The notes under the pieces: generated by a model | What the model was told of the DNA's origin: nothing | What the model saw: the letters and a program-made list of their open reading frames with translations, nothing else | Database searches by the model: none | NCBI GenBank assembly: GCA_040752815.1 | Contig: JBFMGC010000001.1 | Location: 16,449-80,448 of the forward strand | DNA: 64,000 bases | Reading direction: 5' to 3' | DNA from: Candidatus Zixiibacteriota bacterium | Lineage (GTDB): Bacteria > Zixibacteria > MSB-5A5 > GN15 > FEB-12 | Part shown: piece after piece, positions 39,824 to 50,285 of the stretch | How the letters are laid out: each line of letters begins with the position of its first letter | Position numbering within the stretch: position 1 is the first letter of the stretch | Position numbers and translations under genes: made by a program

Positions 39824-40549
39824 TTCTAGGAAGGAATCTAACATGTATCGAACGCCATCGGGAGCATTAACGGCCTCATAACCGAAGTAGTCTGCGAAGT
39901 GCTGTACCAACAGTTCATTGAAATGCGCCGGCTTGATCTCGCGCCCGACTAACTGCGAAACCGATCCGACCGGATACTGTGTGATCCCGCACGGATTGAT
40001 GAGTTTGAAGTAGTCGAGGTCAGTATTGACATTGATCGCCACACCGTGGTACGAGATCCACTTTGACACGGCCACGCCGATCGCCCCGACCTTGCGATTC
40101 TCGACCCAGATACCGGTGAGCCCCTCTTTGACACTAGCCACCAACCCCAGATCGGCGAGCGTCTCGATGACCATCTGTTCCAAATCGCGCAGGTACCGGC
40201 GCACGTCGCGGCCACGCTCTCGCAGATCGATAATCGGATAGAGCACCGCCTGCCCGGGGCCGTGGAAGGTAATGTCTCCCCCGCGCTCGATTTCGTGGAG
40301 GTCGACACCACGTGCCGCGAGATTGTCAGCAGTGACCAGCAGATTTGTTCGATCCGTTCCTCGACCCATCGTGATAACCGGCTCGTGTTCAGTCAGGATA
40401 AGACAATCCGGGACGGCGGACTCGGCCCGCCGCCGGACGAGATCCTTCTGGAAGTCCCAGGCGGTCTGATAGCGGGTGCGACCCAGGTCTATTATTCGCA
40501 GTTCACAACTCAAAGCGGCGACTCCGGAATCTCCTTCAGCGGGCCTCAA
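39815..40549 (-). CDS. lipB: Lipoyl(octanoyl) transferase LipB
   Basis: ITFHGPGQAVLYPIIDL and RKVGAIGVAVSKWISYHG. The start codon is uncertain (TTG at 40549). Confidence 0.88.
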   Translation of the reverse strand: MRPAEGDSGVAALSCELRIIDLGRTRYQTAWDFQKDLVRRRAESAVPDCLILTEHEPVITMGRGTDRTNLLVTADNLAARGVDLHEIERGGDITFHGPGQAVLYPIIDLRERGRDVRRYLRDLEQMVIETLADLGLVASVKEGLTGIWVENRKVGAIGVAVSKWISYHGVAINVNTDLDYFKLINPCGITQYPVGSVSQLVGREIKPAHFNELLVQHFADYFGYEAVNAPDGVRYMLDSFLETP

Positions 40550-40711
40550 ACGCTCGGCGGCAATATTGCGTAAACCGGTTGCGCAGGCAAGCCGTTCCCG
40601 TTATAATGGACCAAACCGGCCCAAACGGTCGGGGAACAATCTTCGCCCCAGGCTGTTGCAGCGGTGTGGTTTACACAACGATGTGGAACGCAAAGACAGA
40701 GGGAAATGTCA

Positions 40712-41467
40712 ATGTATCCTGAACTGAAAGGCAAATGTGCGCTGGTGACCGGCGCGGCACGCGGTTTTGGACGGGCGATCGCCATTCGTCTGGCCGATGA
40801 GGGGGTCAAGGTGATTGTCAACTATCGACGAAGCAAAGGGGACGCCGAAGGCGTTGTTGCGGAGATCAAGAGCCGCGGCGGGCAGGCGATGGCGATCCGC
40901 GCCGATATCGGCAAAGAAGATAGCCTCGAACGCCTGTTCGAGGTCATTCGGTCAGAATGTGGACATCTTGATATAGTAATTGCCAACGCCGCGTTTGGCG
41001 TGCCCGGCAAGCTGATCGACACCACCGCCAAACACTGGGATGTCACCCTGGCGGCGTCGGCGCGGTCGCTTCTGGACATGGCCAAGCGGGCGGTGCCTTT
41101 GATGAACGACTTCGGTCGAATAATTAGTATCACCAGCGACGGCGGCCGGCGCGTTATCCCCGGCTACGGAGTTGTCGGTCCGGCGAAAGCAGCTCTGGAG
41201 TCACTTACGCGCGGATTGGCAGTGGAACTGGCGCCGCGCGGAATCCGAGTCAACGGCGTGCTGGCAGGCCTCGCGGATACGCGCTCGTCGCGCTCGATCC
41301 CCGGCGCCGACACGGTTATCTCCCACGCTAAGTTCCATACACCGTGCGGCCGTATTGTCGAGCCGGAGGATGTGGCTCAGGTTGTTGCCTTTCTCTGCTC
41401 GAATCAGGCCGACATGATCTGCGGGCAGTTTATTACCGTAGATGGCGGCCGGAATATCATGGGGTGA
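40712..41467 (+). CDS. Short-chain dehydrogenase, FabL-like enoyl-ACP reductase candidate
   Basis: ALVTGAARGFGRAIA (Rossmann) and YGVVGPAKAALESL, which has the Y-x6-K spacing of FabL/FabI rather than Y-x3-K. ATG 40712 follows GAGGGAA. Confidence 0.6.
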   Translation: MYPELKGKCALVTGAARGFGRAIAIRLADEGVKVIVNYRRSKGDAEGVVAEIKSRGGQAMAIRADIGKEDSLERLFEVIRSECGHLDIVIANAAFGVPGKLIDTTAKHWDVTLAASARSLLDMAKRAVPLMNDFGRIISITSDGGRRVIPGYGVVGPAKAALESLTRGLAVELAPRGIRVNGVLAGLADTRSSRSIPGADTVISHAKFHTPCGRIVEPEDVAQVVAFLCSNQADMICGQFITVDGGRNIMG

Positions 41468-41601
41468 GTTACACCGACAGGACTAGAGACTGAACAGACG
41501 CCATGCTGTTCCGCATCGGCAATCCAGTCCTTGACATCTACCGACAATAAGTCGAGTTTGCAGGGGAGTATCGGCTTCAAGCCGCATTGAAGGAGTCCGC
41601 C

Positions 41602-42864
41602 ATGCTTCTCAATGAGTACGACAAACCCACCAAAGCTCATTATCAGATTCTGTTGATGAGTTGGGCAGGGTGGGTGTTCGACTTCTATGATCTTATTCTC
41701 TACACTTTTCTGCTGACTCTCATCGGCAAAGACCTAAACCTTTCCAACCAGGATCTCTCATACGTACTAGGGGCGTCGCTGGCCGCGACCGCGCTCGGAG
41801 GTGTGGTATTCGGGGTGCTTTCTGATCGCTGCGGACGGAAGACGGTATTGCAGTGGACGATTCTGACATACAGCCTGGGGACGTTATTGTGCGGCTTTGC
41901 CACCGGTTTGTGGACGCTGATCGCGTTCAGGATAATCACCGGACTTGGCGTTGGCGGAGAATGGGCAACCGGACAGACGTATGTAGGCGAGACCTTTCAT
42001 CCTAAAGTCCGAGGCAGATACGGCGCATACATGCAAACCGGCGCGCCGATCGGCATCGCGCTGGCTTCGGTCATCGGCGGCTTCGTCGCGCCGGAGATTG
42101 GCTGGCGGTGGTCGTTCATCATATCAGTTTTGCCGGCAGCGATGGTAATTCATATCAGAAGGAGTCTCCCAGAGTCTGATTTCTGGCTGGAACGGAGAAA
42201 GACGGCCGCTTTCAGCCTGACGAATTCCCCTACGCCGAAATCGAGTGAGCAGAACAGGCTTAGCCTACTTCTCTCCAAGGTTCACCGCAGACCGTTTATA
42301 CTTGTGCTAGTTCTTGCGACCCTCGACATGACCGCCTACTGGTTCACGTATTCATGGCTGCCGGGCTATCTCCAACAGCAGCGGCAGTTTTCGCTCGTGA
42401 AGTCGGCGCTGTGGATGCTTGTCACCCAGACCGGCGGCTTTCTCGGCTATACATCATTCGGTTTCGTAGCGGACAAACTCGGGCGAAGGCCGGCATACTC
42501 GATCTACTGTTTCATCATGGCTCTCGGCCTGTTGATGATAACGCTCATGTGGGATGCGATCGCAGCGAATCCGACAGTCATACTGCTGTTCATGTTTCTT
42601 GTGGGTTTCGGCACTGGGATGTTCGGCGGTTATGGGCCGCTGATCTCTGAGTTGTTTCCGACCGGAATCCGAAGCACGGCGATGGGAGCGGCGTTCAATA
42701 TCGCCCGTGGGCTTCAGTTCTTCACGCCGGTGACTATCGCCAGAATCGCAGAGAAGCACGGTCTCGGCACAGGGATATCATTAGCGGCGATTTTCGCGCT
42801 CCTGACAGGAATTTGGATTTGGACCTTTCCGGAGACCAGGGGTAAGCGCTTGGACTCGGCATAA
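41602..42864 (+). CDS. MFS transporter
   Basis: Twelve hydrophobic segments and the loop motif GVLSDRCGRK. AAGGAG lies 6 nt before ATG 41602. Confidence 0.85.
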   Translation: MLLNEYDKPTKAHYQILLMSWAGWVFDFYDLILYTFLLTLIGKDLNLSNQDLSYVLGASLAATALGGVVFGVLSDRCGRKTVLQWTILTYSLGTLLCGFATGLWTLIAFRIITGLGVGGEWATGQTYVGETFHPKVRGRYGAYMQTGAPIGIALASVIGGFVAPEIGWRWSFIISVLPAAMVIHIRRSLPESDFWLERRKTAAFSLTNSPTPKSSEQNRLSLLLSKVHRRPFILVLVLATLDMTAYWFTYSWLPGYLQQQRQFSLVKSALWMLVTQTGGFLGYTSFGFVADKLGRRPAYSIYCFIMALGLLMITLMWDAIAANPTVILLFMFLVGFGTGMFGGYGPLISELFPTGIRSTAMGAAFNIARGLQFFTPVTIARIAEKHGLGTGISLAAIFALLTGIWIWTFPETRGKRLDSA

Positions 42865-42931
42865 CAGCCGGTTGCGCTGCGTAAGCGCGAAAGCCCCTCG
42901 ACATGGTTTTCGAGAGGCCTAATCTGGATTT

Positions 42932-43005
<74 letters not shown>

Positions 43006-43119
43006 GTCTCACAGCATGCTATCGGCATCCCAACCGACAGCGCTTATGTCTGGTCGGGCCAGAATATAGGCCCTGCAATCAAACTGTCAAGCTGAACTCA
43101 ACATCGGCCTGAAGGAATT

Positions 43120-43776
43120 TCAACGCCGTGAAACCAGCCGGACCACAAAGGCTTGCCCCACAATCTGAAAATCGGCTCGCGCGGCCATAATGCGGTTGCG
43201 CGCAGGTCGGGTCTCGCCCCGACTGATCCGCACGCCGGAGATATCGAACGCGGTCCCCCGGCAGGTCAGGCGGATGCGGTCGGACACCGGTATGATCGAA
43301 ACGATACTGCCTCGCGCGCCGGAAAACCTGATCCCGCTGTCCTGAAGAAAGAATGCCTCGTAGGCGGGGCCGACCAGGCGCATTTTCGGAGCCTTGGGCT
43401 CAAGCGAGACGCAACGTCGAGTGAGCAGAAACAGGTTAGCCAGAAAATGGTCCGGCTCACCGATACTTGGCTCTACAATATCGATTGATTTCGCCCCGCG
43501 TTCGATACACTGATCAACCGCCAGTTCGGTATCGGTTTTGTCTTTGTTCACCGGGTACGTGAGCACCTTCGTGCGTGCACTGAGCTTCTTGGGCAGGCGT
43601 TTCAGCGAATCGAAGTCGCCAATCAGGAGATCGGGCACCATGCCGGAGCGCAGGAAAAAACGATAGCCGCCGTCGACAGCAACTTTGAAACACCCTCTCG
43701 CCAGCCCACGATAATACGGCAGGTCTCGTGCCAGGTAGCGGCCGGTCAAAAAACAGGTAGCTTTGTCCATGAGCAC
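43120..43776 (-). CDS. Thiamine pyrophosphokinase
   Basis: VAVDGGYRFF, LLIGDFDSL and KDKTDTELAV are TPK catalytic motifs. Confidence 0.8.
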   Translation of the reverse strand: MLMDKATCFLTGRYLARDLPYYRGLARGCFKVAVDGGYRFFLRSGMVPDLLIGDFDSLKRLPKKLSARTKVLTYPVNKDKTDTELAVDQCIERGAKSIDIVEPSIGEPDHFLANLFLLTRRCVSLEPKAPKMRLVGPAYEAFFLQDSGIRFSGARGSIVSIIPVSDRIRLTCRGTAFDISGVRISRGETRPARNRIMAARADFQIVGQAFVVRLVSRR

Positions 43777-43777
43777 A

Positions 43778-44749
43778 TCACAGGGTCATGCCGATTGCCG
43801 CCGCGCCCAGCAGCGGAGTTTTCTCTTCTATGATCACACCGACCGGAATTTGCCTCAGGAGATTCTCCATCTTGCCGTGATGCACAAACCGGCGCATGAA
43901 CCGGCCCTGATCGAGAATCGTGACAATGCCTGGCGCTATATGGCCGCCGATATAAACGCCGCCGAGAGTCATCCCTTTCAGGGCGAGGCTGGCAGCCTCC
44001 GAGGCGTAGCAATCGACAAAGACCTTGACCGCCCGCGAGGCGGTTTCGTCCTTTCCGGCCAGGGCCATCTCGATGATTTTGGCGGGGCGGTCCTCGGCTG
44101 ATTCCAGCCATGGGCCGCGCCGCCCTCCCTGGGTGTCTACGAGGAAATTGAAGATGTTCTCCAGCCCGCGATAGGATACAACGTCCTCCACTTCGACCCG
44201 CCCCAATTCCGAATAGAGATACTGCCACAGTTCCACCTCGAGTTGGTTGGCAGGCGCGAAATCTGAGTGGCCGCCCTCGGACGGTATCGGCCGGTTCTTG
44301 CCGCCCTCGACATGAATCAGCGCCTCGCCCAGACCGGTACCGGCAGCGATCAGCCCAAGGTTCCCATTGGCCGGTTCGACACCGCTGTTGAGCATGTAGA
44401 TCTTTTCCCTGCCCAGTTGTGACAAACCATGCGCGGTGGCGACTACGTCGTTCACCAGGCGCACCTTGCGAAAGCCGAAATCGCGCTTCAGATCAGCGCT
44501 GGATAGTCGCCACGGAAGATTGGTGGTGGCGACAGTTTCGTGTATGACCGGGCCGGCCACACCCAAACAGGCGGTGGTGAACTCCGCGCGGCTTTTGCGC
44601 ACGTAGAGTTTGAGAATATTGTCAAAACTGGAAAACTCGCGTACATGGAATACGGACTGCCCAATCAGGCGGAGGCCGTCTTTCCGCTCGGAGACTCGCG
44701 CCAGCTCGACCAACGAGCCGCTGATAAATCCGACCAGTAGACTTGCCAT
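43778..44749 (-). CDS. glk: Glucokinase-family (Glk) protein with atypical N-terminal phosphate-1 motif
   Basis: Collinear with Glk: VNDVVA, AAGTGLGEA, SEGGHSDFAP. The N-terminus reads LVGFISGSLVELA where Glk has LVGDVGGTNARLA. Confidence 0.75.
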   Translation of the reverse strand: MASLLVGFISGSLVELARVSERKDGLRLIGQSVFHVREFSSFDNILKLYVRKSRAEFTTACLGVAGPVIHETVATTNLPWRLSSADLKRDFGFRKVRLVNDVVATAHGLSQLGREKIYMLNSGVEPANGNLGLIAAGTGLGEALIHVEGGKNRPIPSEGGHSDFAPANQLEVELWQYLYSELGRVEVEDVVSYRGLENIFNFLVDTQGGRRGPWLESAEDRPAKIIEMALAGKDETASRAVKVFVDCYASEAASLALKGMTLGGVYIGGHIAPGIVTILDQGRFMRRFVHHGKMENLLRQIPVGVIIEEKTPLLGAAAIGMTL

Positions 44750-44848
44750 TAGAGATTATCCATCCGCCTCATGGTCTGTCGGGCAGGGTCGCCCGACAGC
44801 ACAATGAGGGAGTCACCCGACAGCATGGTTACACTGTTATGCTCAACC

Positions 44849-45187
44849 TCACAGACGCTCAATGGAAACCGCCGTGCCGGTAACGTTGACCATCAGCATG
44901 CTGCCGCTGCCGCCAGGATGAATCGTTTCGTAGTCGAGATCGATACCGACAATTGCGTTCGCGCCGAGCGCCTGCGCGCGGGCCTCCATCTCGCTTACCG
45001 CGATTTCCCGCGCCTTCTGTAGTTCCTGTTCATACACCTCGGAACGCCCGCCGACAATATCTCGAATCGACGCAAACAGATCCTTGAACAGATTCGCGCC
45101 CAGTATGGCATCGCCGCTGACCAGGCCATGGTACTTGATGACTCTGTGCCCCTCTATCGTGGGCGTGGTTGATTTCAGCATCTCCAT
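44849..45187 (-). CDS. YbjQ/UPF0145-family protein
   Basis: [55 protein letters not shown]. Confidence 0.85.
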   Translation of the reverse strand: MEMLKSTTPTIEGHRVIKYHGLVSGDAILGANLFKDLFASIRDIVGGRSEVYEQELQKAREIAVSEMEARAQALGANAIVGIDLDYETIHPGGSGSMLMVNVTGTAVSIERL

Positions 45188-45209
45188 CTCTTGTTCTTAT
45201 ACTTCAATG

Positions 45210-47174
45210 TCATGATACCGACTCCGTTTCGATCACGCCAATCAATTGCTTGATCCTGAGAGCCACCGAGGCGCCATCCAGCCCGAGCATCCGGTACAGG
45301 TCGGCCGGTTTCCCTGACGACGCATAGCCGCTCACACCCAGTTTTGTCAGACGCGAAGCGCATCCCTGCTGGGCGAGGGCTGAGCCGATCGCGGTTCCGA
45401 GGCCGGTCTTCACATTATGATCTTCCAGTACGACAATGTCGGAGTACGTAGCGAGATGAGCGAGATCGTCGGGATGAAGGTCCGACCAGTCGGAAACCGA
45501 GATCAGTTCGACCCTGATCCCCTCGGCGGCCAGACGGTTCCAGGCGTCAAGGGCGTTAGCCAGTATATTCCCGGCTGAAACCAGTACGAGGCGCTCGCCG
45601 GAGCGGATTGTCTCCATCCGGCCATAGCGGTAGACATACTTGTCGCCAAAGAACGGCCGACCCTGTTCATCCGTCATCACCGACACAACCGAGCGACCCA
45701 TGATTATGGCGAAATTGCCGCTTGTGCTGAGTGCGTGGCGTACCGCCCGATCGGTCTGGTTCGGATCGGCGGGCGTGATGACCTTCCAGCCGAAGGTCGA
45801 ATTAAGCAGCGCGAAGTAGTCGATACATTGGTGGGTCTTACCGTCCTCACCGACATCGACCCCCGAATGCGTGCATACGAGTTTGAGATTGGCGTGGTTG
45901 ATATCACTGAGGCGGGCCTGGTTGTAGGTCTCCACTATGCCAAAGACACCGAAATCGGCCCATATGGAAAGTGCCTGCTCTGCCGAGAGTGACCCGGCAG
46001 TCGCAGCAGTCGCGTGCTCGGTGATTCCGAACTGGAAGAAGTTGTCCGGATATTTCGCGGCGAACGAGTTGGTCTTAACCGAGCCGGTCAGGTCACAGTC
46101 AAACACCGCCACGCGGAAATCCTCGCGCCCGATATTGGCATCGGCCACGGACATAAGCGCCTTACCCCAGGCGCTGCGGTTGTCGCTCTTGGCATCTGGC
46201 GCATAGGTAGTCGGTGTGCCCGGATTCACCTTGAGCATGTGTGCTAGAGGTGGAGGGAATTCAGCAGGCGGTCCCTGCTTGCGACGCGCCTGATATGTGT
46301 CCAGGTCATCATGAGGTACTCCCAGCTCCTTGAGAGCGTCGACAACTCGATCAGGCTTGACCGCAGCGCCATGGTAGGCCTCATCGTTCTCCATGAACGA
46401 CACCCCCTTCCCCATAATCGAGTGCGCCAGGATCATGTGCGGCGCGTGGTGATCGTGCGTGGCATGGTGCAGCGCCATGTAAACCTGGTCCAGGTCATGC
46501 GCGTCAATCTCCATCACCCGCCAGCCGTCGGCTTCCCATTCGCCGCGGATGTTTTGTGGCAGGATTTTGTCAATCGCGCCCGAGATTTGACGTTTGTTGT
46601 AATCGATCACGACGGTCAGATCATTAAGGCCGTACTTGACAACGTGGCGGCGCGATTCCCCGATTTGCCCCTTCTGCTGTTCGCCATCGCCCATGACCAC
46701 GTAAGTATGGAACTTATGGCCCGACAGGCGCGCGTAAATTGCCTTACCGACACCCACCGCCAGCCCCTGGCCGAGATTGCCCGTTCCCCACTCAACACCG
46801 GGCACGCCACGTTCCACGTGCCCCTCGAACGGCGACCCGGCCATGCGAAAACCGTAGATCGCGAGGTCGACATCGTAAAACCCAGCATAGCCGAGCGCCA
46901 CATAAACGCCCGGAGAGGTATGCCCGTGCGAGATGATGATCCGGTCGCGATCATCAGCATGCGGTTCCCTCGGATTGACCCGTGCGAAATGATACAGCGT
47001 CAGGTATGTCTCGAGCGAGGACATCGAACCGCCCGGATGTCCCGAGCCGGCGATAGAGGTCATCTTGATAATATCTCCGCGGCCGTGTTTGGTCAGCGCG
47101 CTCAGTTTGCTGTGCCACTGCTCGGAGAGTTTGCTTTCGGCAAATCCACGCCAGGAATCAAACATCTTATGCAA
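45210..47174 (-). CDS. tkt: Transketolase
   Basis: SGHPGGSMSS, GNLGQGLAVGVG, VMGDGEQQKGQ (TPP motif) and the pyrimidine-binding and C-terminal domains. The start is either TTG 47174 or ATG 47165. Confidence 0.9.
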   Translation of the reverse strand: MHKMFDSWRGFAESKLSEQWHSKLSALTKHGRGDIIKMTSIAGSGHPGGSMSSLETYLTLYHFARVNPREPHADDRDRIIISHGHTSPGVYVALGYAGFYDVDLAIYGFRMAGSPFEGHVERGVPGVEWGTGNLGQGLAVGVGKAIYARLSGHKFHTYVVMGDGEQQKGQIGESRRHVVKYGLNDLTVVIDYNKRQISGAIDKILPQNIRGEWEADGWRVMEIDAHDLDQVYMALHHATHDHHAPHMILAHSIMGKGVSFMENDEAYHGAAVKPDRVVDALKELGVPHDDLDTYQARRKQGPPAEFPPPLAHMLKVNPGTPTTYAPDAKSDNRSAWGKALMSVADANIGREDFRVAVFDCDLTGSVKTNSFAAKYPDNFFQFGITEHATAATAGSLSAEQALSIWADFGVFGIVETYNQARLSDINHANLKLVCTHSGVDVGEDGKTHQCIDYFALLNSTFGWKVITPADPNQTDRAVRHALSTSGNFAIIMGRSVVSVMTDEQGRPFFGDKYVYRYGRMETIRSGERLVLVSAGNILANALDAWNRLAAEGIRVELISVSDWSDLHPDDLAHLATYSDIVVLEDHNVKTGLGTAIGSALAQQGCASRLTKLGVSGYASSGKPADLYRMLGLDGASVALRIKQLIGVIETESVS

Positions 47175-47185
47175 CTGTCCTTTCG

Positions 47186-48913
47186 TTAGCGAAATGCGCG
47201 GCCTAGTGCCTTTGCGAAATACTCGAGGCCGGCCGCCGCGGAACCGTCGATAGAAATCACCAATGTAGGCAACCGGCGTGCGATCAACGCCTGGGCGTCG
47301 CCGATCGCCTGCGCGGCGATCAGTTGATCGAAACTGAACGGCTGCCCGGGAATGGCCAGATGCGCGTAGTTGTCGCGTACGAAGATCACGAACATGCCGA
47401 CCGGCGGCCCACCCTTATACAACTGACCGATCGAGTGCAAGTAGTGCGGGCCGTAGCCGCGAAGCGTGGCCATGCCGGTCTTGTCCCGCACCAGACGCCG
47501 AAGTCTGCCTAGAGCCGACTCGGAATTGCGACTTGATTGAAAGTAGTTCAGGATAGAAAAATAGCGCGGCGCCCTGGCCCCGGCGAAGAACCGTTTCAGA
47601 AGATGGCCGAGATCGGTTTCCCGTTCGGCACGAGCCTGGACGCCCTCGTACGCGATCAGCGACAGCCGGCCCCAGCGCGAGTGTACCCGTGGCAAGGGAA
47701 GTCCACCCGCCCGTTCAAAGGCCGCGAGTATAGCGTTTGTGTTGTTCTTGCTTTCGGTGACATTGGGTTCATCGAATGGGTTGATCTCCAGATGATAGCC
47801 CGCAACCGCAGTGGCGGCCTCCCAGAGCAGGAACTGCCGGCCTAGCTCATCGGTGGAACCGAGTGTGATGTCTACCAGGGCGAACTTCTTCGCCGAAAGC
47901 GACGGCCTGAGTCTGTCCAACTCCGGTGTCCGTTCACCTGACATCTTCAGAAATACAAACGTCCGATCCGCGCCGTATTTCTCCGACTTGGTCAAGGGTT
48001 CCGCATCTATCGGGATGACTCCCTTGCCGTTCTTGCCGGTGGATTCCGCCACGAGCTGCTCAATCCACGGCACGAGCGGCGCGGCTTTCTTCGATGACGC
48101 GAATGTCAGTTTGTCACATCCATTCGCTGCACCGACAGCCAAAAGTGAACCAAGTAACAGGGCCGGATTGGTATCGTCGCGACGCTCCGCCAGGATCTTC
48201 TGCATCAGCAGGGCGTCGCCGACCAGGGCGCGCAGATCCACACCGGCAAAGATGCCGGGCACGAGCCCGAAATACGACAAGGCGGAATACCGCCCGCCGA
48301 TATCCGCCGGATTCAGGAAGATCTTACGATACTTGTTGCGCCGCGCGAAGCGATGCAGGCCGCTGCCGCCGTCGGTGATGGCAACAAAGTGCTTGCCAAT
48401 ATCGCGCACGCCGGCATCCCGCAGTAGTCCCAGAAAGTAGGCCTCATGCGAGCGCGTTTCGACCGTGCCCCCGGATTTTGATGCAACTATGAAAAGCGTC
48501 TTCCTGAGATTGAGTCTGCGGGCAAGCGTCGTTATGGCACGTGGGTCAGTGGAATCCAACACGTCAAACGACTGCAGACTTGCCGGAAGACGGCACATAC
48601 GGCGAAACAGGTCGGGGCAGAGCGATGATCCCCCCATGCCCATCAACACCACATGCTTGACGCCGTCGCGCAATACGTCGAGACCGAAATTCTCAATCGC
48701 GGCAACGCGGCGTTTCATCTGTGTCGCCGAATCGACCCAACCGAGTCGGTTGGCAATCAGCTCACGCACAGGCTTTGACGCAGTGAACACCGATGCGTCG
48801 CGACGCATGATTCGCGGGACGATTTCATCTTTGATGCCTTGTCGGACAGCCCGTTCGTAGGCGCGGGCCAATCGCCCCGGAGTTATCGCGATGCTTCCCT
48901 GCTTGACACTCAT
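47186..48913 (-). CDS. pgi: Glucose-6-phosphate isomerase (PGI/SIS family)
   Basis: GMGGSSLCPDL, VASKSGGTVETRS and IGGRYSALSYFGLVP. Confidence 0.85.
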   Translation of the reverse strand: MSVKQGSIAITPGRLARAYERAVRQGIKDEIVPRIMRRDASVFTASKPVRELIANRLGWVDSATQMKRRVAAIENFGLDVLRDGVKHVVLMGMGGSSLCPDLFRRMCRLPASLQSFDVLDSTDPRAITTLARRLNLRKTLFIVASKSGGTVETRSHEAYFLGLLRDAGVRDIGKHFVAITDGGSGLHRFARRNKYRKIFLNPADIGGRYSALSYFGLVPGIFAGVDLRALVGDALLMQKILAERRDDTNPALLLGSLLAVGAANGCDKLTFASSKKAAPLVPWIEQLVAESTGKNGKGVIPIDAEPLTKSEKYGADRTFVFLKMSGERTPELDRLRPSLSAKKFALVDITLGSTDELGRQFLLWEAATAVAGYHLEINPFDEPNVTESKNNTNAILAAFERAGGLPLPRVHSRWGRLSLIAYEGVQARAERETDLGHLLKRFFAGARAPRYFSILNYFQSSRNSESALGRLRRLVRDKTGMATLRGYGPHYLHSIGQLYKGGPPVGMFVIFVRDNYAHLAIPGQPFSFDQLIAAQAIGDAQALIARRLPTLVISIDGSAAAGLEYFAKALGRAFR

Positions 48914-48929
48914 TGGTTGTATCTGACCT

Positions 48930-49580
48930 CTACTTCAGCGCGGCGATTTGTTTGACCAGCCCGGCGCGGTCCTTGGCTCCAAAAAACGCCGAGCCCATGA
49001 CCAGAATGTCCGCACCTGCCGCGACCACGTCGGCGGCATTTGAGCTATCCACTCCACCATCGACAGCAATCTGTGTTCGCAGGCCATGACGCTTGATATA
49101 ATCTCGCGCGGTTCGGACCTTTGGAAGTGCTCCCCGGATAAACTCCTGTCCTCCGAAACCGGGAAAGACCGACATGATTAACAGGTAATCAAACTGGTCC
49201 AGAAACGGAAGTACATTTTCGACCGGCATATCCGGGTTTATAGAAATGCCCGGTGCGACTCCAAGTTGTCGCAACTGCTCGGCGTGCGGCCCCGGCACCG
49301 GGTGAACCTCAAGATGAAACGTAATGCTGTCAGCCCCGGCTTTAACAAACGCCTCGAAGTACTTCTCCGGCTCGCTTAGCATCAAATGAACGTCGAGATA
49401 GCAGTCCGTGAGCCGATCGATGGTTTTGACGATTGACGGCCCGAAGGAGATGTTCGGCACAAAATGGCCGTCCATAATGTCGAGATGAAGAATATCGACG
49501 CCGGCCCGGTCGGCGCCGGCTATTTCGTCACCCAACCGGGCAAAATCCGCTCCCAAGATAGATGGTGCCAGCCTTGCCAT
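48930..49580 (-). CDS. rpe: Ribulose-phosphate 3-epimerase
   Basis: LAPSILGADFARLGDEI, HLDIMDGHFVPN, MSVFPGFGGQEF and VDGG. Confidence 0.95.
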   Translation of the reverse strand: MARLAPSILGADFARLGDEIAGADRAGVDILHLDIMDGHFVPNISFGPSIVKTIDRLTDCYLDVHLMLSEPEKYFEAFVKAGADSITFHLEVHPVPGPHAEQLRQLGVAPGISINPDMPVENVLPFLDQFDYLLIMSVFPGFGGQEFIRGALPKVRTARDYIKRHGLRTQIAVDGGVDSSNAADVVAAGADILVMGSAFFGAKDRAGLVKQIAALK

Positions 49581-49691
49581 GCGGGAATCTGGCGAATTGC
49601 TCCCGCATGGTCAACCCTCAAGTTGCGACCACTCGAGCCGCGCGAATTTAGTGGGGGCGGGTCCGCCGTGGCGGGAACCCGCCATTCAACT

Positions 49692-49988
49692 TCATTCCAC
49701 GACCGTAAAAATCTCCCGATAGCCGCTTTCCACCAGTGTCGTAAATCGCCGATACCACGCCGCCCAGGCCTTGGACCCTCCGGCCGACAGGTGAGCCTTC
49801 TCGTACGCTGCGAGCGATGGGTAGGTGCTTTCCAATACAAGAGTATAATACTGGCCGACCAGGTCCGTCATAAGCCGAGGTTTATTGACGCCAGCTTCGC
49901 GAAGAAATTTCGCTCCTTTTTTCCATTCCTGTCTGGCCTGTTTGGCCTTTCCGAATTTCAGTTGGAATACATCACGTACTACGATCAT
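49692..49988 (-). CDS. Small hypothetical protein (NIPSNAP / dimeric alpha-beta-barrel-like)
   Basis: 98-aa ORF with normal composition (MIVVRDVFQLKFGKAKQARQEWKKG..). No diagnostic motif. Confidence 0.45.
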   Translation of the reverse strand: MIVVRDVFQLKFGKAKQARQEWKKGAKFLREAGVNKPRLMTDLVGQYYTLVLESTYPSLAAYEKAHLSAGGSKAWAAWYRRFTTLVESGYREIFTVVE

Positions 49989-50285
49989 CCTAACATCCTT
50001 TCCTGGTTTGAATCTTGAAACCGTAGAGTCCGACTCTGACTACAAGACCGCATGCAAACAAACCCAACCGGAATAACAGTTGTTCTCGCCGCTTGCGTAT
50101 CCGGATCAGTCGCCAGAGTCGAAGCCATCAAGGCTGGTACGCAGGTGAGGCTCAAGTTCGGAGTCGGAATGCTGGCCTGAACAGAAAGAAATCTGACCAA
50201 AGCCCGCCACAGGTCCCGCATCGATTCGCAGAGGGGTCGAAGTGATACATCGAGTATGCGGTCTAATAAATTGTGTCACAATCAG

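Noticed and set aside
49989-50285. A ~300-bp gap containing ORFs 49885-50076(+), 49985-50221(-) and 50256-50453(+).
   Set aside because: The translations lack motifs, signal peptides or plausible ribosome-binding sites. No clear RNA structure was seen, so the region is left as unassigned intergenic sequence.
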